IMG/VR virus record: IMGVR_UViG_3300033463_000004
Coordinates: 64,001 to 128,000 of that record
Strand: one strand, 5' to 3'
Length of the DNA: 64,000 nt
Source of the DNA: a virus
Lineage: Duplodnaviria > Caudoviricetes
The notes under the pieces are model-generated. The model saw only the letters and a program-made list of their open reading frames with translations, made no database searches and was not told the DNA's origin. Positions 41,401-50,368 of this stretch are shown here, one piece after another. Position numbers and translations under genes: made by a program. Positions within the stretch are counted from its first letter, which is position 1; each line of letters starts with the position of its first letter.

Positions 41401-44400
41401 CGGAACATCACCGGAACCATACAAACCAGCAACAGAATTTGCTGCAAGTGAAGAAATTGAACGTCGTTCAATACGTCCATTCATTGGGTTAGAAACAAAT
41501 GCTGTTCCACCAGAAGAACCGATAACATTCATAAAGTGATTATTACCACTTCTGGTTGTGAAGTCTGTACCACTTCCTATCACAGTGATTGGATTACGTG
41601 GTGAAGCTTGTTTTAATGATGCAGGTGTAACACCACCGGCACGGAGATTCATACCCATGGATCCAGCAGTGTTCATAAATCCAGCCACAGAAGTTCCCAT
41701 GTTTGGATTATATGCACCAGAAGATGCCATAGCAGAAGTTAATCCACGCGCATTAACTGATGTACCTGAGCGTCTTGCATAAGCATCTGCTAATGCAATA
41801 GGTCCACAACCACGAGAATTCATATTCATGAAGTTTCCATAGCGGTTCTGGTTTGCTCCTGCACCACCATAGATGTTTCTGATATCACCATTACCATATA
41901 CGCCATCCATCGGTGAACCATTTAATGTGCCAATAATTTCTTGACGTTTTTGGACTTTTGTTTCTTCTTCAGGTTCCTCATTAGAATCATTTGTACCTAA
42001 TAAATTATTCATTGTATTTGTAGCGAGAGCAATACTACTCTTCAATCCAGAAGAAACATTGTCTACACCTGATTTGAATAAGTTCTCACCAGATTCTGCA
42101 ATTGCTTTACCTTTTTCATATAATGACGTTCCACCGAGTATTGATGTCAACACACCAATACCAGTCAATGTCCATCCGAGAACAGTTATGATTGTACCAA
42201 GTCCAACTTGAAGAATACCTGTGATAATTTGTAATGAGTTTCCAACACCTTGTAGAATAGGAACGACCACTGTCTGCATGATGGCAGTCAACGGAACAAC
42301 AAGTATGTTGATCGTGTCAGTGATCATATCAAGAATCGGTTTCAAAATTGTAAGCATTTGTTCGAGTAACGGACCAATTGCTTCAATGATAGGTTGAATA
42401 ATCTTGATAACAGATTCAACAATCTCAACAACATATCCGACAAGTTGTGTTAATACACGTTGGATCGTTTTCATAACAGGTTTGATGGCCTTATACAACG
42501 ATTGGAAAGCTTTGTTCAGAGGTTTCAAAGCAGTTTTCAAAACATTCATCGCAAGATTCATAATGGATTTTACTGCTTTCATGGACAATACAACTGTCAA
42601 TACAGCTTGTAATAATCCACCAAGTATTCCAGTAATACCACCAAGAATCTTACCAATGTCGAAACCAATACCTTTCTTTACAGCTCCAGCGGCAGCAGAT
42701 GCAGCAGAACCAGTAGCTCCACCAGTCATGTCAGTTGTTGCAGGCATTTGTACATTTTGTCGTTGACTTGAAACATTTTCATTGATATCAGCTAAGCTAA
42801 CAGTTGATTGTGATGATGTATCATCACCAATTGATGGCATAGAAGAACCGGTACCAGATATAGTTTCGGATTTACCAGATATTTTTGCAATACCTTCTTT
42901 TACGACGTCACCGATTCCAGCAAGTTTATTGACGATCGTTCCAAAGATAGATCCAGTACCGTCTTTGCTCTTCAAGATATCAACAATCGATTTTGTCATC
43001 TGATCACTCAGCGTCTGAGGTTTCATTTCTTTATTTGATTTTTTCTTTTCAAATGCAGATATAAAACCTTTACCAAAATCAGTTTGTTTAAATTTTTCGA
43101 CAAAATTGTTCATTGCTCGGGTGATTGCATTACCCTTTTTATTTTCTTCTTTTTGTTCGTTAATGTCACCACGTATCTTTTTGATTTCTTGTAATACTTC
43201 AGTATCACGACCACTCTTGATATCTTTACCTTCGCCCATATCTGATAATACAGGTGCACCAAGATCAATCAATGATGACGCAGAAACATCTGTCGTCAAC
43301 GTCTGTTTTGTTGATGTTGGTGTTTCATTGATATCAGATAACATACCATTCAAACGTCTGGATTCTTTATTTTCTCTCATTCTACCAAAGATACCAGATG
43401 ATTCATCCGAACCAAAGAATCCTTCTTTGATAGCATTTGCACCACCAAGAATTCTTTGTCCTGATTGTCTCAAACTGTTGATGATAGGTGAAAGTAATTT
43501 CTTTCCAAGTGTCGTAATGAATGTTTTTGCAGATTGTAATTTTGGTAAAATAAATCCTTTGACGATTCCGAATCCCCAAGTCAATATTTTACCAAGTTTT
43601 GATTGTGCTGGTTTCTTATTTTCTGCACGTTGTAAAGTTCCTTCAACAACTTTCGACAAACGCGCTTTCAGTTTTGGATTCTTGATTTCACTGATCTGTT
43701 GCATCAGTGGTCCAGTATCTTCTTTGGTATCACCATCTTGAACAGATGCATTCATTGCAGCCAGAACAGAATCAGCAATGTATTTATCATTCTTATCGTC
43801 TTCAGAATCACCTAATCCCGCAGCAGTACGTTGTGCCATTACACGATTATAGTCGATTGAAGCAGAATCAATCGTCATTGCTTTTAATGAAGTCATGTCA
43901 GTAGAAAGACGTTCCTTCATTTTATTGATTGGCTTCATCACAAAATTCTTTGCAGAATTAATAGTATCCGACAAAGGATTACCAGATGATGGCATATCTG
44001 GTTGCTGATGATCACCATCTGTTTCTTCACCAGAAATTGTTGGAATTTGAACAGATGGGATCGGAGTAGGTTGTTCATGAGTCAGAGTTGATTGTGGTGA
44101 TGCTGGTGTGTTTTGCTGTGCTTTCTGTAATTCAATTGGTACATATGGTTTATTTCTTCGACGTACAGCATATACATTAACACCACGATTCAGTATTGTG
44201 AATATAGATGCCAAGTAATCAACTGTTGATGCTGTTACATCACGGAAAGTTACACCAATATTACCAATCAACTCAGATTGTTTAATACGTTCACGACGTG
44301 CTTGTTTCAATGCTTCGTCGGATGCACGTGAATTTGGATCAACCCATTTGGGAATATCGCTTCGTTTGATTTCACCTGCTTCAGCACGCTCATTCCATGT

Positions 44401-45978
44401 ACGGTCATCTTTACCAGAAGCATTTTTAACATATCCACCAACAATATTACTGACCATTTCATCGGTAATTTCGCCAATGTCATATGTAACAGTTGCAGTT
44501 TCAGCATATCGTTTTGCACGAGAATGTGAACTTGTTGCGCCTTGACGGATTGTACGAGCAAAGGCATCACGTGAATTACTGTCAGTCATCAATTTCGTTA
44601 TAATCAATTGAATGACTGATGTCCAATATGCACGACCGTGTTTGTTGTTGTCACCTTGTGTCAAATAATCAATTGCTTGATCATTGACTTCAGGCAATCC
44701 ACCATTTTCAAACATTTTTCCTTGTGTTGCACGACCAGATACACGCATCTCATGGAATATGTATAAAGATACAAGAACACGTTGTGCAATAAACACATCA
44801 TTCTTATCAATGTCAGAAGATGCTTGTTTCATCATTTCGTCTATTCGACGTGAATTAAAACCACTTTGAATTGTTGATGAAAATACATTTTGGAATTCAC
44901 GAGGACGTTCCGTCGACAAACTACCTTCGGATGATACATACAAATTCTCACCAGTTAACGCAGCAGTGATTCTTCTCAAATAGCCAGGAATAACATCAAT
45001 AATCGTTTTACGTGTCATATTATCAAAGACAGCTTTTTCACGATTGTATTGATTGTCGATATATGTTGAATAATCGCGATTTTTTTCACGTGCAGACAAA
45101 TCACCAAATAACTTTTTGAATTTATCCCAATCCAAAAGTTTTGATAATAAATTATTTTGTGCATTGTTTACACGTTCATCGATTGCATCACGAATTTCAT
45201 CAATTGAACGATTATCGAGAATTCGAAGTTTTTTATCCGCAGCCAAACCGGTCATCAAACCTGCTAAAGAACCAAAACCTTCCGCTTTATTACTTGATGC
45301 TTGGAATATCATCGGAAGCATCTCTGCACCAGTTTTCAACAAACTTAATTCAGTTTGATAAGGAAGATTTTGTTTCAAATAATTAATAGTATTCCCGAGT
45401 GTCAAATTTCCAGATGAATCGAATAATGATTGTTGACGTGCCCGTTCTTGTGTTGCAACTGTACTTAATTCGATTAATTTATCAAGTTTTCCGGAAATCG
45501 TTTGTAAAGATGAATTGATATTACCCAAAGATGATAAGATTTCCGATGAACGGGTATTCATCGTCGTAATGATTTCAGATGCAGTCATCGCAGAAGCTTC
45601 TGTTTGTTTACCTGCAATCTGATACATGGAGCTGACTTGACCTTTGGCAATATCCTTCATGCCATCATAATCAAGAACTTTTGACGACGATGTATCCGAG
45701 TCTCCATCATCAAAATTAAATCCGGCATCAAATTCATCATCATTATCATTTTCAAATGATGATTTCTCACCGAATTCAGATCCACGATGGAAGAACCAAT
45801 CTGTTACCTTTTTAAAACCAGATGAATTTCGAATCTCACGATATTTATCTTGAGCAGTCTTAGCACCACCCATCAATGTATCACGTATATTCTCTGCATC
45901 TGATTTCAAATCCGATAAAGATTCAGGAGCAACTGATGAAACAAAACCCTTCGTGAAATCAAGCATCAAATTTGCCAT
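38446..45978 (-). CDS. Giant tape-measure/ejection-like protein A with C39-like peptidase, M23 peptidase and lysozyme-like domains
   Basis: 'RGCGPIALA..HFM..VSNP' (C39-like); 'HSGVD..YAHM..STGQHLHYE' (M23); 'AAI...IWED...GLMNW...QL.YI' (phage tail lysozyme-like); GAAAGGGGTG RBS favours 45978. Confidence 0.8.
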   Translation of the reverse strand: MANLMLDFTKGFVSSVAPESLSDLKSDAENIRDTLMGGAKTAQDKYREIRNSSGFKKVTDWFFHRGSEFGEKSSFENDNDDEFDAGFNFDDGDSDTSSSKVLDYDGMKDIAKGQVSSMYQIAGKQTEASAMTASEIITTMNTRSSEILSSLGNINSSLQTISGKLDKLIELSTVATQERARQQSLFDSSGNLTLGNTINYLKQNLPYQTELSLLKTGAEMLPMIFQASSNKAEGFGSLAGLMTGLAADKKLRILDNRSIDEIRDAIDERVNNAQNNLLSKLLDWDKFKKLFGDLSAREKNRDYSTYIDNQYNREKAVFDNMTRKTIIDVIPGYLRRITAALTGENLYVSSEGSLSTERPREFQNVFSSTIQSGFNSRRIDEMMKQASSDIDKNDVFIAQRVLVSLYIFHEMRVSGRATQGKMFENGGLPEVNDQAIDYLTQGDNNKHGRAYWTSVIQLIITKLMTDSNSRDAFARTIRQGATSSHSRAKRYAETATVTYDIGEITDEMVSNIVGGYVKNASGKDDRTWNERAEAGEIKRSDIPKWVDPNSRASDEALKQARRERIKQSELIGNIGVTFRDVTASTVDYLASIFTILNRGVNVYAVRRRNKPYVPIELQKAQQNTPASPQSTLTHEQPTPIPSVQIPTISGEETDGDHQQPDMPSSGNPLSDTINSAKNFVMKPINKMKERLSTDMTSLKAMTIDSASIDYNRVMAQRTAAGLGDSEDDKNDKYIADSVLAAMNASVQDGDTKEDTGPLMQQISEIKNPKLKARLSKVVEGTLQRAENKKPAQSKLGKILTWGFGIVKGFILPKLQSAKTFITTLGKKLLSPIINSLRQSGQRILGGANAIKEGFFGSDESSGIFGRMRENKESRRLNGMLSDINETPTSTKQTLTTDVSASSLIDLGAPVLSDMGEGKDIKSGRDTEVLQEIKKIRGDINEQKEENKKGNAITRAMNNFVEKFKQTDFGKGFISAFEKKKSNKEMKPQTLSDQMTKSIVDILKSKDGTGSIFGTIVNKLAGIGDVVKEGIAKISGKSETISGTGSSMPSIGDDTSSQSTVSLADINENVSSQRQNVQMPATTDMTGGATGSAASAAAGAVKKGIGFDIGKILGGITGILGGLLQAVLTVVLSMKAVKSIMNLAMNVLKTALKPLNKAFQSLYKAIKPVMKTIQRVLTQLVGYVVEIVESVIKIIQPIIEAIGPLLEQMLTILKPILDMITDTINILVVPLTAIMQTVVVPILQGVGNSLQIITGILQVGLGTIITVLGWTLTGIGVLTSILGGTSLYEKGKAIAESGENLFKSGVDNVSSGLKSSIALATNTMNNLLGTNDSNEEPEEETKVQKRQEIIGTLNGSPMDGVYGNGDIRNIYGGAGANQNRYGNFMNMNSRGCGPIALADAYARRSGTSVNARGLTSAMASSGAYNPNMGTSVAGFMNTAGSMGMNLRAGGVTPASLKQASPRNPITVIGSGTDFTTRSGNNHFMNVIGSSGGTAFVSNPMNGRIERRSISSLAANSVAGLYGSGDVPRGAFNVYGSGDATYPYSFSDEVQEALQTLKDLVGGIIGIFTGEESTEAKLKNEQDKLKYDKVLTDLGDMTDEEKQKLEKEAFELFKQENPKYKGETNAEYEKRFKKTTTYNHYITVAGTKRLEDAAKKAAGYTDETLPGFIKKNLGEFDSETGERKGGLFDSLTEGMKKHNDSVSQGMFFSKLQDMIGDYWDDDEDAGFYSDNGARLYTDEYQPSVFENDATGWTSTAVPNTVMGEWMDKMLLGTMMSSPFRWRGRPVDKDAEGTNDGRAHSGVDFTLGGDIPILSTTDGVVIGTAKTSYGDGYGTYVKIQDEGGDIHLYAHMREDPGPLVKVGDYVYGGDQLGIMGSTGESTGQHLHYEIRDGDTGEILNPHAFFKWHEGSRSNAPYGEIEYEGDLEAGDIWSFHKNKTGVSKFMQTAFDAGLTGPEVAAITSMGIWEDGGDKLWGDKSLLNVTYDSNSQQAVGLMNWVDTSVDYGDTVEKQLQYIQRTYFDEDTKDGRALVSHNQYDDADLRAYMAATGRDGWALDFGDRYGPYMNKEDLIEGSEHWYRTALVPAVIHQMEGPRKYIGTAVGVYNWLLDEGYIDEGGRRSNIRYNTSSTISTSPTSLTESEGFGATVPAAATSAQSSYTTLSDKTDGTPYRYSTTITGRTGTAYNKANQKLFDYYVPTGNATADAQAFTNKHKYVERQANLGSGKFMKIYVDTDSYYKTHAGENARSFINGEQQLKNSSSSTAQQSSVITTGTSDVDLRKIWQAIYTNYSNSYANKLSRGDMANDFNNNAYHNGYKLYYDTSDGNVYFKNNKSAGRIRVNKDGSIYWPDVSSAQVNNGINVINNSSTTGTTTYTETNDHSRRQSYVDMLNNKGNGDVSSVFIPSTNYGGGFDQGLSSLFSMDQIEQQAYPTVVNNYAVDHTGDAVIDMLMSNTYNIRSEEIESLLAGMLKLMKERKKRGQTASTTGRTSKQSNEAAFPDQGIPRQVERLSVG

Positions 45979-46016
45979 ATCAACTTCACCCCTTTCAATA
46001 TATAATAATACCAAAA

Positions 46017-46049
46017 GATGGGTGTGGGCCTAAGAGCCCACACATCATC
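46017..46049 (-). terminator. Intrinsic terminator
   Basis: GC stem gtgtgggc/gcccacac followed by TTTT on the minus strand. Confidence 0.65.
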
Positions 46050-46068
46050 TCTCAGTTTGTTTTCATAA

Positions 46069-46827
46069 TCAGAAGAACGTGATCCAATCAATTTCATCGA
46101 AATGAAATGTATTGGTCCACTTTTCAACCAATTGATTTCTCGCATCTTCTGCTCCAGACCAGTCATCAATGCGAAGTTGAATTTCTTTGAATGCAGACCC
46201 CACTTGATTCATGTTTTTCAACATGCTGTACAATGTTCTCTTGACATCTAATGTCGCTAATTCAATAAATGATTCACGACATGATTCTGGAATTGTTTCC
46301 AACGATGGATCATGATCGCATTTTACAACAAAATGAACCAATGCATCAGCAGGATAATCAAACAACCGGATCTTGTTAAAACCCAACCATTCAGAAGTCT
46401 GTGGTCGAGAAGTAACACCCGCATATTTATTAATAGCAGCTCCAGTTTGTGTTGCATTCAAAATATCTTGTGGATAGTATGAACCAAATCCAACAAATGG
46501 AGATCCAACTGTAAATGAATTGGTTGCGACAACATCACTGCTTAATTGCGATGATGCAATACATGCTTCTGCATATTGCACCGGAGTACGTGTTAAATCA
46601 CCAGGTAATACATAGATTCCCAGTTTCTTCGACATATCATCCGGAGATCGGAGATTCTTGATGGTTTCATAACCTTCTCGAATCCATGGTTTGAATTGAG
46701 AGAAGGTGCGAACAGATGTTTTGATAATATCTCTCAGCACGTTCTCAGTAGGTTGATCAAACGGCAAAGCAATTGTCTCCAATCCCAATGTCATTTTGAT
46801 ATCACCAATTACATCGGAAATATTCAA
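46069..46827 (-). CDS. Putative neck/head-tail adaptor protein (T4 gp13-like)
   Basis: 'I..IK..LG...I.L' N-terminus and 'LA.LDVK..LY..LK...I.L.IDDW..A...R..L...W' C-terminus; TTG start. Confidence 0.5.
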   Translation of the reverse strand: MNISDVIGDIKMTLGLETIALPFDQPTENVLRDIIKTSVRTFSQFKPWIREGYETIKNLRSPDDMSKKLGIYVLPGDLTRTPVQYAEACIASSQLSSDVVATNSFTVGSPFVGFGSYYPQDILNATQTGAAINKYAGVTSRPQTSEWLGFNKIRLFDYPADALVHFVVKCDHDPSLETIPESCRESFIELATLDVKRTLYSMLKNMNQVGSAFKEIQLRIDDWSGAEDARNQLVEKWTNTFHFDEIDWITFF

Positions 46828-46849
46828 TCGTCACACCTTCTCTTATTCG

Positions 46850-47041
46850 TTAATCAACGCCAGGTCTTGCAAAGATATCACTGGCGGTTGGCGGTACGGG
46901 ATTATTTTCCTGAACAGAATCAACCATGTTACCACCATTCGTTGCACACGACGAACACCACTGATCAAACAGAGTGTTCGTCGTTTCTGCAAACGTTTTG
47001 CATGCATTACATGCTTCTTGATTGAATTGGAAAGTATCCAT
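46850..47041 (-). CDS. Small hypothetical protein with two CxxC motifs
   Basis: CNAC and CSSC; fills the gap in a minus-strand operon. Confidence 0.5.
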   Translation of the reverse strand: MDTFQFNQEACNACKTFAETTNTLFDQWCSSCATNGGNMVDSVQENNPVPPTASDIFARPGVD

Positions 47042-47043
47042 AA

Positions 47044-48159
47044 TTAGTCCTGGCCACCAGGAATGAACTTGTTCTCTTCATCCTCGTAGTCAATGTCACT
47101 CTGAGTCTGATCGAGCTGAGCTTTCTTAGCAGCACGTTGCTTAGTGATGCAGTCGTCCATAGCCTTCTTGAGATCGGTGGACTTCTTCAACCACTTGTTC
47201 ACCTCTGCCATGATACTATTAGCAGTATTGATGAACTTGGTAAAGCTTTCTGCCTGTGCATTTGCTTCCCACTTTGCTTTCTTATCAGGATTTGCAGCCT
47301 GATTGTACTGATACTGTGTTTCATACACAGAATCCTTGTACGAATCAAAGTATGCACGAGCCTTATCGATACGGGACTCAATATTCTTGAGGCGCTCATC
47401 GCTCTCCTGCCAAATCTGATGAATTTCCGGATAAGGCACAGTCCTATTGTCTTTAGACCGATTGTCAATATTCATCTTCTTCAGCTTTTCAACAGCCGAC
47501 TGACACGCAGCAATCGTCTTGTGAGACGTGTTGTCCTTGTTCTGGTACTCCTGAGAAGCCTTCTCATACATACCGGCAATCTCTTCAAGATTCTTTGCAA
47601 CAATCACGAGACCACGTACCGGGAAACTGATTGCAAACTCGACCATGACGTCATTCAATGACACATAGTCGTTGTGATAATCCGAAACCTTACCGCTCTT
47701 GATTTCTTCAACAATTTCACGACCCTTTTCGGTCTTAGGAATAAGCTTACCTCCATTGCCACCAATGTTTGCAAGCTCGTACTTTGTGAAACCCTTGCGT
47801 TTGAAGAGCTTTTTGAACGCTCCACCGATAGCTTCACGGATTCTTCTGACAGCTGATTTGATCCATCCGAGAATCTTGGACAAGATGCCCTGTTTGGTCT
47901 TGTACTTCTTGCTGGGCTTTCCGACAGACGAATATGTTCCATCTTTTTCAGATGTCACGGTCTCGATACCCTTTTCACCCTTGTACTCCTGAACGATTTC
48001 ATATCCGTCAAAATCAAGACCAGTTGATGCTTCTTGGATCATGGCAGACTTCATGTATGTTGCTGCAAGAGCTGAAAGAACTTCATACTCAGCGAACAGT
48101 TGAGCGTCATCGATAGATTCGATACTGTCAAGTACAGCTTCCTGAATCATTTCATTCAT
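47044..48159 (-). CDS. Putative abundant inner-head protein with acidic propeptide
   Basis: Three xQE motifs in the N-terminus, then an amphipathic basic helix; strong codon bias; N-terminus paralogous to the 56098 ORF. Confidence 0.65.
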   Translation of the reverse strand: MNEMIQEAVLDSIESIDDAQLFAEYEVLSALAATYMKSAMIQEASTGLDFDGYEIVQEYKGEKGIETVTSEKDGTYSSVGKPSKKYKTKQGILSKILGWIKSAVRRIREAIGGAFKKLFKRKGFTKYELANIGGNGGKLIPKTEKGREIVEEIKSGKVSDYHNDYVSLNDVMVEFAISFPVRGLVIVAKNLEEIAGMYEKASQEYQNKDNTSHKTIAACQSAVEKLKKMNIDNRSKDNRTVPYPEIHQIWQESDERLKNIESRIDKARAYFDSYKDSVYETQYQYNQAANPDKKAKWEANAQAESFTKFINTANSIMAEVNKWLKKSTDLKKAMDDCITKQRAAKKAQLDQTQSDIDYEDEENKFIPGGQD

Positions 48160-48177
48160 GATATTACACTCCTTTAC

Positions 48178-48756
48178 TTATTTTGGATATTGATCGAGTC
48201 GATGCATCACGGGTGTATTCACATCCCAGAAGTTGACACGATCTTTGATTGGTGCGCATTTCGGATTGACTTTCGAAGATTTCGTAGCCAACCAGAGATA
48301 CAGTTGCATGTCATCACGATATACTTTTGCCAGTTTGTTATACTGGTTACGTGACATCGTGACCAATGATTCGGATTCCAAATCAGGATGTTTCTCCATC
48401 ATTGTTTCCATAACCATCTTAAGACGTTGTGTTCCTTGAATGAATGACTCATTCACAGTATTCATATCAGCCATCGTGATCTGATGACGATAAGGATCAT
48501 TAACGCCAGAATTTGCAAACATTGTATCATAGTATTTCTTGGTGGATGTAATGACTTTGCCATCATAATCGGTTTTGCCTTCATCCTTATAGGAAATATA
48601 ACCTTCCAAGAATGCGCACATTTCTTGAAGGATTTTCCCATAATCCATTGACGTGTATAATACATCGTCAGCCGGACGGACATTCGGAACTGTTTTGGCA
48701 ACGTCTTCGAACATCGTCCGATATTCACAGATGATTTGTTCAATTTCTCGTGCCAT
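48178..48756 (-). CDS. Hypothetical (virion) protein
   Basis: ATG 48756 overlaps the upstream TAA (TAATG coupling). Confidence 0.65.
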   Translation of the reverse strand: MAREIEQIICEYRTMFEDVAKTVPNVRPADDVLYTSMDYGKILQEMCAFLEGYISYKDEGKTDYDGKVITSTKKYYDTMFANSGVNDPYRHQITMADMNTVNESFIQGTQRLKMVMETMMEKHPDLESESLVTMSRNQYNKLAKVYRDDMQLYLWLATKSSKVNPKCAPIKDRVNFWDVNTPVMHRLDQYPK

Positions 48757-49751
48757 TATCCTCGCCATCCTTCCGGCAGTGTGACATTCTGCTTCCAAAT
48801 ACCTTGTGAACGATTGATAGGTTTAACTTTCAGAATCTGAGACAGTAACTTATTCAAGTCGCTTTGCATTTGTTCAAGATATTGTCTTGTATGCGGAACA
48901 ATGTAACGATCATCCCGCGTATCAATGCAGTTCAGATAGAAGTCAACAAGTTCAATTTTTGAACAAGTATAACCTGCCAACATTGCTTGATCATTGGAAT
49001 CTTGAATGGCATTCAATTCGACAGTGATATATGCAATAACATCGCGAGGAATCGGTTTCAGTTTCTTCGGACGACGTGCAAAGAAAGCTTCTTGTTCGAA
49101 GTGTTCTTCTTCATCCTTTTCATCATCGTCATCTTCTTCAATGTCATCATCGTCGATGGTTTCCTCATCACTCAATTTCTTAATGTCTTCAACTTCATGT
49201 TTTGAATCATGAATATCATCTTTCAAGTCATTTGGTAATGAAGAATGATCCTTGATGTCAAGATAATGATCAGCAAGTTTCTCAACTTCAGCATCAGGTT
49301 CTTTCAACTGATCAATGAAGTTTTGTCCATTGGTAACATCACCAATAGAAATCTCCAAAGTACCATCATCAGACATTCGACCAATAATACCGGTCAATAC
49401 AATCTTCAGGTGTTTTGGAGTATCAACACCACAACGTGTCATTACACGATTTGGTGTATTGGTCATCATTACATAAGATGCATGATTATCCAAAGATTCA
49501 GCATCATCGAAAATTGTTCCTTTTGCAATTGCATCAGCAACAGATTCTAACTGAATCTCGGTAGCATCTTCAGGATAGATCAGATGAATATGATCTTCAT
49601 TCGTAAATGCACGAATTGTCGATCCTTTATATGAAGAAACAATCACATTCCGTTTACGTCCTGGATGTTTAATCTTAGCATATTCAGTTATGGCTTCAAG
49701 CTTTCCATTTTTCAGAAATGCTTTAACCATGTCACTACCAAAACCATTCAT
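48756..49751 (-). CDS. Putative virion protein with acidic tract
   Basis: GAAAGGTGG RBS favours 49751; D/E tract ending 'FEQEA'. Confidence 0.65.
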   Translation of the reverse strand: MNGFGSDMVKAFLKNGKLEAITEYAKIKHPGRKRNVIVSSYKGSTIRAFTNEDHIHLIYPEDATEIQLESVADAIAKGTIFDDAESLDNHASYVMMTNTPNRVMTRCGVDTPKHLKIVLTGIIGRMSDDGTLEISIGDVTNGQNFIDQLKEPDAEVEKLADHYLDIKDHSSLPNDLKDDIHDSKHEVEDIKKLSDEETIDDDDIEEDDDDEKDEEEHFEQEAFFARRPKKLKPIPRDVIAYITVELNAIQDSNDQAMLAGYTCSKIELVDFYLNCIDTRDDRYIVPHTRQYLEQMQSDLNKLLSQILKVKPINRSQGIWKQNVTLPEGWRG

Positions 49752-49799
49752 TAGCAAAATCACACCACCTTTCTTATTAAATTTTTGGAGGTAATCAAT

Positions 49800-50303
49800 A
49801 TGACCATTCATATCGACGCATTCACAGCGTACATTATCATCGGTATTTTCGCAATGATTACAATTGTATTCTGTACAACAATGATCATTGTATGTAGAAG
49901 ATTATCACATGTTCGTCGTCAGCTTGAAGATACAAATCGTTTATTGTACTTCAATCTGAAATCAAATATAGATAATCAATACAGAAACCAAGAAATCATG
50001 GAAGAATTAGATGAAGTTCGTACGAATGTAAATACATTATCATCTGGATTGCAAATTAAACTTCAGAAAGAAGAAGAACAAGCAAAGAGAAAGAAATTCC
50101 CAAAACCAGATGAGGTATCTCAAATCATGGATACAATTTCCGATTTATTATCCATTGAGACAATCAAACGATCGAATCAGAAAGTTCCAATCGCAGGCGC
50201 TCTACCTGATATAACGGAACGTGCGATACGAACGTATCCGGAAATATCAGAAGAATATATCATCGATAAATGTATTGTAATGATTGAAGATTATGTGAAA
50301 TAA
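49800..50303 (+). CDS. Single-pass membrane protein with coiled coil
   Basis: GGAGGT RBS; TM 'AFTAYIIIGIFAMITIVFCTTMIIVC' followed by RR. Confidence 0.7.
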   Translation: MTIHIDAFTAYIIIGIFAMITIVFCTTMIIVCRRLSHVRRQLEDTNRLLYFNLKSNIDNQYRNQEIMEELDEVRTNVNTLSSGLQIKLQKEEEQAKRKKFPKPDEVSQIMDTISDLLSIETIKRSNQKVPIAGALPDITERAIRTYPEISEEYIIDKCIVMIEDYVK

Positions 50304-50309
50304 TATGAT

Positions 50310-50337
50310 TGATGGCGGGGGTTAACCCCCGCCATCA
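50310..50337. terminator. Perfect 28-bp palindrome, bidirectional terminator
   Basis: tgatggcgggggttaacccccgccatca between convergent genes. Confidence 0.8.
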
Positions 50338-50368
50338 TCACATCAGGCGTTTTGATTATGCCGCGCAA

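Noticed and set aside
41368-41898. Classical intein in protein A
   Set aside because: No Cys/Ser-initial block A or terminal His-Asn; the motifs are papain/C39-like.
35050-42123. Diversity-generating retroelement TR/VR pair
   Set aside because: Both copies lie mid-gene, the mismatches are not adenine-specific, and there is no reverse transcriptase in the window.
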